64,000 nt of DNA from assembly GCA_965637545.1 (NCBI GenBank), contig OZ281495.1:20646001-20710000 (forward strand). The letters run 5' to 3'. This stretch comes from Phallusia mammillata (lineage: Eukaryota). Below the pieces are notes generated by a model, which worked only from the letters and a program-made list of their open reading frames with translations, searched no databases and was not told the origin of the DNA. The translations under genes and the position numbers were made by a program. Within the stretch, counting starts at the first letter, position 1; the number at the start of each line of letters is the position of its first letter. Shown piece after piece: positions 34,701-45,413 of this stretch.

Positions 34701-37700
34701 ATAGACCAGCAAAACCACCCACGTTCTTGTTTACCTTTTTGGTTAAGGACTTGGGGTAAAACGGAATCGATTTTTAAACGGTTTTCACAAGCGTCGGCAA
34801 TAAATTAAGTCAGGGGCATAAATTTGGCTGGGCTGAATTGTCAAAGAACGAATCAAATATACTTCATTGTTTTGTGATAAAGAGCCATATACATACTTTA
34901 GGTTTTTAATAAACAAACCAAAAGACAAAACTATGTTTTTTTTTGTAGAAACACAAATTCCCCAATGATACATAAGACTAGTCTAATCGAGTGAATCTGC
35001 GACTGAACCTACATTTTCAAAGTTGAGTTGTCTTGATTGCATTATTGTTAAAAAGTTAGCATTTTTCCACAATACTTTTTTTCACATTCTGCCCATGGTC
35101 AATGACTGGTTTATGAACAGAAAATAACCTTCAAATTTCAACCATCTACCTCATCTGTGTCTGGTTCGAAATCTGGGTCATCATTTACAATGGCAACCAT
35201 TCCATTGTCCACATCAGTATCAGTGTCTTCATTTTCATCAGGGACAACATCAGCTTCTGCATCTTCTTCATCCTCATCAGTACCTTCCAATTCATCCTCA
35301 TCATAAACATCAAACTCATCTTCATCTCCATCATCATCATATTCTTCACCATCTTCATCATCTAAACCAGTAAAGGAAAGAACATATAAATTATAAATGA
35401 CTTACCTAGTAAAGCCAGTATAATAGATAGTCTATAATCAGTGGCGGAATTCAAATTTTTTGTCAGCCGGTTCTATCACAAAAGTCATATTTTTCAGCCG
35501 GTTTTGTTACAAAAAGTCCATTGACAGTAACCATTAATGCTAACCAGTTCGCTGATCTCATAAAATTTTGTGAGACAGTTCTATAGAACCGGTGCGAACC
35601 AGCTGAATCCCACCACTGTCTATAATATATCTTTGTCTTTTCAACATGAAATATATACAGCAGTAGATGAGAACAAAAACATTTCAAAAGGCTTGTCAAC
35701 ATAATGTCAGAATGATTGAAGGAAAGAAACCATTTGTTACTTGTTTTGGATTTTATTGCAAAAAATAAATGTAAAAATATTTGTAACATATAGAAATTCC
35801 AATTTACCTTCTTCGTCACTGTATTCATATTCTTCTGAATCATAATATTCATCTTCATTGTTTTCCTCTGCAAAATGGGTACACATAATGGTAAATCTTT
35901 TCCAATTGATTTTAACTAAATCTACCTAAATAGTAAATACATACTTTATATGCTTACTAATTGCAGACGTTGTACCAAAAATCATTAATTAGTTTTATAT
36001 TCACATGCACAATTGAAATAAATAAACTTACCAGCAGGTAATCCGCCCTCATCTATTATCGGTTGGTTTTCTACAGAATCAATTTCAATGTCCATTTCAA
36101 AGGAAAACGAAGGTAGCACGCTGTCCATGAATGAACCTTTAAAACCAAAAACAATTTAATCTGTAAACTTTTGAAATTACTTAAGTAGCTATGGATTCAT
36201 CAAACTTTGTTTTAGTGTGCACATGTTAATGTTTGTGTGCTAAATCGTTTTATTGCACTGATTTATGTGTTACGTAATAGCCAGATTCTTACTTAGGTCA
36301 TCTTCCAAATCACTGTAAATTTCGGGATATTGCTCCTGTAATGTTTCTATGGTGTTGGAGATTCGGTCCTAAAAAAATTGAATGTCATGATACACAACCA
36401 ATCATCAGTTGTCTCCATTCATAATTTAGCACCTACATGTGGGATAGAACTGTAGAGTCCTTCATTAAAGTTTAAAAAGTTGTCTTTCTCTTGTATGCTA
36501 ATTTGTGGCAGTTAAAAATGTCACACTTAAATTCGGTGCAGGACACATTGTCTGCCAAATACTAAAACCTAGTACCGAAAAGTACCGAATTTCTAAAACA
36601 TATGTTTTATAGCAACTGTTTATAATCATTAGTTGTAAATCTTTGTACTTTTACAATACAAGTGCAATATAATGTCTTTAGAAAACTTTGAGTGCACCTC
36701 AATTGAGTTCAATCTTGCTTGTAGCTTCTCACTATCTTCAGGCTGAATTTTAATGTGATCTCTGGTGTGCTCGTGGTCTTTTTTCTCTGCTCTAATATAT
36801 TTTTGTAGTGTTGAGAATATTCCTGATATCTGAAACAAACAGAAGAATTGTGTAAGCATAGAAATACTAACTAAACCAACATAAGTTGTAAAAAATAGAT
36901 TTTACTCATGTTTCTGAGCTAGACCGGTACTTGGCACTGAGTGTCTATTCATTTAATGTTCATTTATACCATGCTTAACACAAGTGCAAACTAGAAGGGT
37001 GGCTTAGCACATTTTACTATAGCATATACACTACAACCTATTCTGCAAACTGTAATATATTCTCTATATTTATTTATATTGGGTCCCATATTAGCCAACA
37101 TTTTTATAATCTTGATTTGTTTCTGCAGGCAGAAACTCATGGGTCCCCAAAACCGCAAAGTTGTAAACAGACAACCATAAGAAACGGTGCTATAAAGTCA
37201 AACACAGTGATTGGTAGTGTTACTTAAAAAAACAAGTTATGTAAAGTACAAACTGTCCAAATCTCATGCAATTGAGACATTGTTATAAGTTTGTGTGCCT
37301 AAATAGCATAAAACACTGACATCTCAAAATGGCATATTATACAAACTGTCAAAATGTATTGTTGATTAATTCACCCATTTTGGGGGGTTGGTAGGGTAAA
37401 TATTAGGGCTGCAGGGTGGAACACAATATTTGACAGCTACAAATGCCAAATTCAAAAAACTATCAAAAATTCATCCAAATCGGACGTTTTATAAACAATA
37501 GGTGGCTTAAGCAGTAAATATTGGGGCTACAGGGTGAAACACAATAATCGACGCCCTAAAATGGAACAATGAACAAACTGTCCAAATTTCATCCAAATCG
37601 GACATTGTTTAAAAAATCACCCATTTTTGGGGTCTAGTGGGGTGAATATTGGGGCTACAGGGTAAAACACAACAAACGATGCCCTAAAATGGCACAATGA

Positions 37701-40700
37701 ACAAACTGTCCAAATTTCATCCAATTCGGACATTGTTTAAAAAATCACCCATTTTAGGGGGCTAGTGGGGTAAATATTGGGGCTACAGGGTAAAACACAA
37801 CAAACGATGCCCTAAAATGGCACAATGAACAAACTGTCCAAATTTCATCCAATTCGGACATTGTTTAAAAAATCACCCATTTTTGGGGTCTAGTGGGGTA
37901 AATATTGGGGCTACAGGGTAAACACAACAAACGATGCCCTAAAATGGCACAATGAACAAACTGTCCAAATTTCATCCAAATCGGACATTGTTTAAAAAAT
38001 CACCCATTTTAGGGGGCTAGTGGGGTAAATATTGGGGCTACAGGGTAAAACACAACAAACGATGCCCTAAAATGGCACAATGAACAAACTGTCCAAATTT
38101 CATCCGATTCGGACATTGTTTAAAAAATCACCCATTTTAGGGGGCTAGTGGGGTAAACACTGGGGCTATCGAGTCAAACAAAACAAATGGCACACCTACA
38201 TAACCATATCTACCATCTGTGAAAATTTCATCCAAATCCATCAAACATTTCTTGGCAAAGTGGGGTGGACAAACTTGAGGGAAGAAGAAAAAAAACAGAA
38301 AAAAACAGAAAAAAAAAACAAACAAATCGAGTAAAATCAAAATGTGTCCCCTTCAGGGAAGGGGACCCATAAAAATAAAGTCAAGTTTTAAATCAAACAA
38401 AATCACTTTTTTTCCACAAATGGTGAGCTTGGTTTAATAAATGTGACAAAAATATTGTTCGGTACAAATTTAACAGAAAGTTTTTAAGCCAAAGAATAAC
38501 AAAACTGTAACCAACGTATTGTTGTTGTATTTTTGTGACATCAGACATTTAAGCATGTTTGGCAATAAAATATGAACATGAGTCTGTGAAACAGACCGTT
38601 TTTCCATTCCTACTACAAGGCACTCAGAAAAATCAATAATTACAATCAATTCAGATCGTAATATACCTTGGATTACAATCATAGCATAATAAATCCAATG
38701 AATAAAATAAATATTTTGTACAATAATGAAGTCTTACATCAGGAATATCAGCATTCAGTTGTTGCATGTAGTTATGCAGAGCAGTTTGCCTGTGTTTCAC
38801 CAAAACAGCATCCATTCTGGCTTCATGGAGTGATGACAACTGTTCCTGTTTCTGGTTGTGCTCTAGAACTAAAGCTGCCTTTGTTCGTTGCAAGTCCTAC
38901 AACCAAGATGCATTTGAAACAAACATTTTAAAACATAAAACACACATAAATCATGTGACACCCTGAAACATGTGGAAGTTTGCTTTGTATGTTTATTTAT
39001 TTTTGCAAAAATCTTCTGCAGTGTCCACAATAGTGAGTATCAGGAAAACAACTTAAAAGGTGTATTTGAAACAAATGTGCTCACAGCTTCCAACTTGTTT
39101 CGTTTTTCTGTGATTCCCTTGGGATCAGTAATTGCACTTTCCAGGAGTTGGCTGTTAGCTGCGTCCCAGTCAGTCATCATCTAAGTGGTAAGACAATTAT
39201 GTCAGACTTGAGAGGGGTGAAGAAAAGGTACAGAATAATACGGCAAAAATACACAAAAACCCATCACAGCTCATAATAAATTTAACTTTTCCAAATTTAC
39301 GTTTGTTAATTTGGCTTGATGGTCTTTTAATTCTTGTTGCACGCTTTGAATGTACAACTCATGTTCGTGATCAACGTCCAATGGTGAGCCAAAGTAGTCA
39401 GAAGTAGCAGTTACTTCTTCTGTGGTTGTTGTTGTTGTTGGTGGTGATTGAGTAGCTATATGATAAAGAAAATATTTAATGTAGTGTTCTCACACATCAT
39501 TCTTTACACACAGTTGTATTCATACTTGTAGCAGATGGCTGACATGCACTTTGACAATTTGCTTCCGTCACAAAGTTATTTCTGTTTGCCCCACAACCTC
39601 CATACACAAATTGTGAACATTGGCCAGTTGCAACATCATAATACCACCTTCTAAAGAAGGCTTTGCACATGCCCACAAGCTTTGGCTCAAAACACCTTGA
39701 ATCAATGTCAACTGGTTCTACAAAATGTGAGAAAAAAGCCAATATAAGATATGTTTAGAGCTACAAAGAAATGTATGTGTGTAACACATATATATTTGGA
39801 CAGTAAAAGAAAACCAAATGTGTCTTCAATGTATCAACTATGTTTATAACTTGGGCAGTACAAACAAACAAAATTATTGTAATGCACCAATATTCATTCC
39901 ACCAATTGTAAAATTAAACCTTAAATAATCCAACATTTAGGCCAAGAGCAAACAGCTGAAAAAATAAACAGTTTTGACTTCTTCACCAAATGTTGGTTTC
40001 ATACCTTTCTCCTCTTGCTCACCAATCAACACAGGGCCAAGACCTGGAAAGACTGGTAATTTTGCAACTGGATCAACAACTGTAAAGTTTGCACAGTTGG
40101 TTACTTAGTACGAGAAAATAATGTATAATACCATGAGTGGCATTTAAATTACCAATTGTTGATGGGGCACAGGCATTTGCACACTCCACTGCACTCTTGA
40201 AGTTGTTAGCATTACCACCACAACCACCATAAATGAAATGCTGACATTGGCCAGATTCGGTATCAAAGTAGAAAGCATCAAATGATGCCCTGCATGGGCC
40301 AATATCTTTCGGCATGGAGCATGCTGGATTGTTGTCTACACAAAAAATAAATCATGCACAGAAGTTAAAAGGTAGTTAAAACCAAGCCTACTTTAACATG
40401 GTTTTAAACAAACCTGTTTCTACCGGCAAAGGGTCAACTTCGACTATGTCAGGTTTTGACTTGTGTGAAGGACAACAGACAAATTCAACACCATGCCAAG
40501 CATCAGGAATATCCACACATGGTTTTAGGGGACTAAAGTCTGGTTGAAGACTCATCGACTGCAAGTAACACATGATTGATTTAGCATATTTTACAAAACA
40601 AAACACACAAGGAAAAATACAACACACTGTTTCGAACTGTTGTTCTTGCGATAATCACTGAAAAAGCATAAAGTTTAAAACACATTTGAGTCGTTTCTGA

Positions 40701-42387
40701 ATTGCCTGTGTTTCCAACAAAAGGTGTTTTTATAAGAACTATAATAGACAGGAAGGGGGAATCATTTGAACAATATTTTGACACAACATGTCTGAGAGAG
40801 TGCACTTGAGCAGGAAAAGGGAAATGATGGCCTCTCAAAATCATACACTTTATGTCCAGCTCTCTGGTTGCTATGTAAGGGCGAGGCAATACCAATTTGA
40901 CATAATCCATGTTAACATGTCAAAGGCCTGGAAACGTGACACCAAGGCAGTATGCTGTAACAACAGTGGCTAATATACAATGTAAGAATGGATTAAGTGA
41001 CTCACAAGTTCTTGGCATTTTCCATTTGCCACAGTCGCCCAATAATCGTAAGATTCACATTGAGATACATTATGGACATGCAAAAACTGGCAATCCTCAT
41101 TAACTTGCAGAGCAGGGCTTTGGAATGAGCCAACTAAAAATATAAAACAAATTTAATTTTTAAGCTTTGCACTTTTGCAGTAAGGTAAAAAAAAATACAA
41201 AAATATCTTTGATAGAAGTCATTATGATATTGACTTGCCATTCAAAGTGTAAACTATTGCATACATGAGATTTGTATCCCACATAAAATATGTATTAAAA
41301 GTACAAAAAACTTACTTATGCATTTGACAGGAACCACTGCATGGGGATGTCCTTTGCAAGTTGGGCCTTTCTTCCCTATTGAACACCAGTTCATAATCCC
41401 AACCTTTTCAGTTTCTTTCAACACATTAGTGATGTCCAAGGTTGGGTAGATCTATGATATACACATGTTCGTGTTACCATACTCAACACAGGGTTATATT
41501 TCTTAATGGGATTTTAGTTTACATGTTTAAAATGATAAAAGCATACCTTTTTACAGTACGCCAGCATATCAGAGGCTGAAGACATACAATCTGCATTTCC
41601 ACTTGGGTCAGTCAACCACTGACCTGTCACAACATCTCTATGTTGTGTGTTTTTCCCACATTGCATAGCAATGGCTGCATCATGCTAAACAATGCAGTAA
41701 CGATTACTAATTATACACTAACAACTTTAGCTTATGTTTGTAAGCACATCAAATTGTACAATTTAAGTGTCAGCTGTATCATGAGTGATACTTTTTACAC
41801 CAGGTGGTATTGCTTATAAATTACTAATAAATATTTAATATATAAGCAGACTACAATCTGGTAGAAAAGAAAACTTGGGCCCGGGGAGGTTTATTTATGC
41901 ATTTTCATGTGTATTGTTATACTTAAATGTGTTTCTTGCATAATTACTGTAGCTAAGATTTTTGATCAATAAATGACAACATCTATTTGAGTTGTAAAAC
42001 TACTAACAATGCAGTTAGAACCACAAACACATGTGAAGTGTTAGCACTTAGACTTTAACCCACTTTACATCTTAACATATAAGTGCTAAGTTCCATGAAA
42101 TAGGATTTGCTTTAATATTTCCTGATTAGCAAACACCAGTGACTCTCTGGTAAATAAAATTAAAGCCTATGGCACAAACACTACTTTGGACTTTGACCAA
42201 TGAAGTCAGGTGTTTTGGGCAAGTCAAGCAATTTGGTTTTGGTGCAATAAATCTAGTTTTAACAGTAATGTTTGAACAGTAAAAAAGGGCAGCTATATGC
42301 ACAATGTAACACAAAAAATACCTGCACAGGAGAAGCAGTGCAAACATGTAGCAGCACAATACACAAAAACAGAAAACCACTCATCAT
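31772..42387 (-). CDS. APP: Amyloid precursor protein family member (APP/APLP-like) with two Kunitz domains (~795 aa)
   Basis: 19 exons: 42387-42322, 41684-41547, 41451-41316, 41133-41006, 40558-40414, 40335-40153, 40067-40005, 39717-39526, 39455-39301, 39180-39085, 38896-38738, 36829-36698, 36368-36293, 36136-36032, 35867-35808, 35361-35150, 34041-33961, 33517-33362, 31876-31772; phases match. E1 (IAMQCG...DPSG...YCKKIYP; HGVEFVCCP), two Kunitz domains, E2 (KYIRAEKKD), TM helix, and tail [23 protein letters not shown]. Confidence 0.95.
35439..35618. mobile_element. 180-bp hAT-type MITE in APP intron 15
   Basis: TIR CAGTGGCGGAATTC / GAATCCCACCACTG (12/14). Perfect 8-bp TSD TCTATAAT at 35431-35438 and 35619-35626. 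Confidence 0.88.
37133..38372. mobile_element. Helentron-associated (HINE/DINE-1-like) non-autonomous element in APP intron 11; boundaries approximate
   Basis: 10-bp subterminal inverted repeat ATGGGTCCCC (37139-37148) / GGGGACCCAT (38361-38370). 3' hairpin GTCCCCTTC-agg-GAAGGGGAC (38346-38366). Central tandem array and an A-rich simple repeat before the hairpin. No TSD seen. Confidence 0.6.
37370..38160 (+). repeat. Tandem array of 128-bp units
   Basis: Units start at 37611, 37739, 37867, 37994 and 38122 (partial) and are nearly identical (AAAAAATCACCCATTTT...GGACATTGTTT). About two degenerate units lie upstream at 37370-37610. Confidence 0.95.
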
Positions 42388-42944
42388 TCTTCTCTCTTTT
42401 TTAAGTGTTTTTATCACCCGTAACACAAAAATAAAAACTAACAACAATATAGTAAATTTTCTGAAACCCAAAAATGTCAATTTTAGTTGGGCCTACAAAC
42501 TAATTCCTTGTTGAAATAAGTAAATAACACTTGCGGTTTACAAGTATAACATCTAAACCAATTTATTGTAATTTTGACACAATGAGTTCACCCATGTCAA
42601 CGACATTACATTATGTTGAAATCAAAATGTCACCAAAAAATAAATTGCAGTTAGAGTTCGAACCTTTTTCTCACTTCCATTGAACCCCAATTAGTAATGT
42701 GAAATTCTATCTACTTATACAAAACCAGCAATCTGAAAATATTTTGCATACAGAGTCACGATGATAAACCAAACAGAGCAGTTACTTAAATTAAAGATTT
42801 ATAATCAAACTAATTAAGTACTGAATCAAATTAATCACAATATATTCGACAACAGTACAGAATAACGAAAGGCCAGGTGTTGAAAAATGTTTGGTGCACA
42901 TTTGTACTGAAAAGGACCTTCGTCAAACTCCTGTTTTGGCGTTG

Positions 42945-42987
42945 GCGAACCCCTGGGGTTTGATTGAACCAGGCCTAAGAACCACTG
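42945..42987. mobile_element. Probable one-ended hAT MITE fragment
   Basis: Ends in GAACCCCTGGGG...AAGAACCACTG, resembling the TIR family at 7579/12221. No matching left TIR or TSD found. Confidence 0.35.
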
Positions 42988-45413
42988 GTATATAGGCATT
43001 GTTGTCAAACTAATCGTTGTTAAAAAACAGTTTGTATGCTTGCACTTGTAACTTGCTTAGGTTTAGCATACCAAACATTTATAAATTGATTCAAACCAAT
43101 GTTTACGCTGTTTGAAACTACAACAACTCTTTAGGAGAAAAAAACCTTACTTTTCAGGTTAAAAAAAACCCTTAAGAAACATAAAGCACTTGTTTTAAGC
43201 TAAAGAACAAAACTTTTTTAAACATATTATTTTGGCAGTAAATCAGGCAACTATATGATAAATTTCATACTGCACACAATTTGAAATAATAACAGGTTAG
43301 TATACTGTATTTTTTATACTTTATTCTGACTTAACATATTCTACTAAACCATAGTTTAGTGCTTAACTGCTTATAAGCAGTGTAGGCAATAAATCTGCTT
43401 GGAAGATTTAAGCTGTATAGTGTATATATATGTATGGAAACCAACCATACATACTGGCATGACATCATCAGCTTGCACCGAGGATTTAAGCAACTTATCT
43501 CAACTGTTTAAAGCTAACTCGGAAATCGGCACTCCTCGCAAGTCCCAAATACATGAAGCATGAAGCCATGAACCAAACTAACAATGACCCCACACACGAA
43601 AATACCCAGGCCTTAGTTTCCGAGAGCGAAAGCCAAAAAAGTTCCAGGTCAGATAGGAAACTGAACTGACTGAATACTGAAATACAGTGCATAAGAAAAT
43701 TCGCGGACCTTCGTTTGCCTTTCACATCAGGTGATAAACCAGACACAAAAGCCAGCCTGTCTGCAAGGGAAGATCCAATAATCAACACTTGTGTGGGGAT
43801 TTTCTCTTTACCGAGAGAATAAAATCTAAGTGACGTAATAATAAGCTTCACTTTGCATGTCGAAAAACCGAAAAACATACGTGTTTGTTATTCAATTTTA
43901 AAAAAATATCACATTTTCATATAAGTCACATTTTAATTGCTTACTTGTTTTGTTCATAAGCAAAGATAAATTTTGTGCCTCATTTACGGCCAGGCAAACA
44001 CAACAACAACAAGAGTTTTAAACAAACCTTTGATAGATAATATAGAATTCCTCTTGGACGCTAAATAAAAGCTACATATGTTAACTTGTGTTTAAATTCG
44101 GTTAAAACACAATAAATTTATTTTCCACGACAGCTTTGGCAGATCAAGCTATACATACTAACGTTTCTAAAATGTAGCACAACCGGCCAAAGTGGAAATA
44201 TGAGATAATAAACAGGACATCCATTAAATTTACGTGATATGGCTATGGCACCGATTAGGCAAAAACGAAGCAGACTTTAAAGTGGAATGCCACGCTCTCT
44301 AGTGGTAATTCGAGTAATTAGCTTTTCGTGAACACGTTGCTGGATGATCAGTGAAGTCTCATTTTTATGTTTATTTTATGCTAAATAATACATTTTGTCA
44401 TTATTTGCATCGATTTAGCTCCTTGTATTTGGTCGTAGAACAGTTCACCATGTCCTTACAGTAGGGACAATTAGGATTGGAAACTGTTCCCCGTCTGCGT
44501 TGTCTGTGGGATGTGCGACAGTGCTGTGATTGTGATAGAATAATGTTTGCTAGAAGCCGAATAAAAACCTGCCAAACCGGCGGTTGGGTATAAAATCAGA
44601 AAACCTTTCAGAAAAGCTCCCAACCTTGTCCTGTGCACCCTTTGATTTGAATAAAATCTAAAAAAAAAAATCTAAACTTCCATTAAGTGGAAGCAAAATG
44701 TGTGTGGTGTCTGATTTAGTATGCATTTCAGTGGAGTGTCTTCTAATGACAACTGTGGTCGGGGAATATAGTTATGTAAAATTACGTAAAAGGCGGTTTG
44801 TTACATAACAGACAGGGGCAAATTTTCATTGTGCGTGAACAATCTTAATTTTATTTTTACTTGTGATGGAATCAAGGGGCATTATTGCACCATATCGGCT
44901 CTTGGTAGTTCTTGTTAGAAAAAACATAAGCTGTTTGTAGTTCTGTCGAAATCACTTCGCGGGTTTCAGTTTTAGACAAACTGCGTTAAAGGCTTGTAAG
45001 CAGTGCCGCCCCCGTATACATCATTCTAAAAATTATTCGGCCCAGTGTGAAAAAAGTTTAGTGACCCCTGTTCTCGAGGGTATCGTTACTATCGTCACTG
45101 CATATCTCTTGAAAACATTTGAGTTCAAAAATTAAATATTGCTTTGCATACTTGTTTATTGAAAAGAACAAAAACAAAACACACAACAATATTAATAAAT
45201 ACAAATATCGACATGGCTTTAGCGCATAAATTTCCGTAACAAATATAAAAATGCTAATTAAACGCTTAAGTGCTACCTACATACCATATACAGTGTAAGC
45301 ATAACCTAAGAAACACTTTTGGAAGGTTTGAAGAAACAAAATTTGTAATAACTTAATTATAGTTTGTTGTTCGCTAATGCTTCATGTGCTTAACCCATTA
45401 GCGAAAGTTACCA

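Noticed and set aside
37370-38160. 128-bp array as a CRISPR or coding repeat
   Set aside because: There are no unique spacers, the units are far too long, no cas genes are present, and it lies in a eukaryotic intron.
45040-45070. hAT right end (AAAAGTTTAGTGACCCCTG)
   Set aside because: No matching left TIR or TSD was found, so it is too fragmentary to call.
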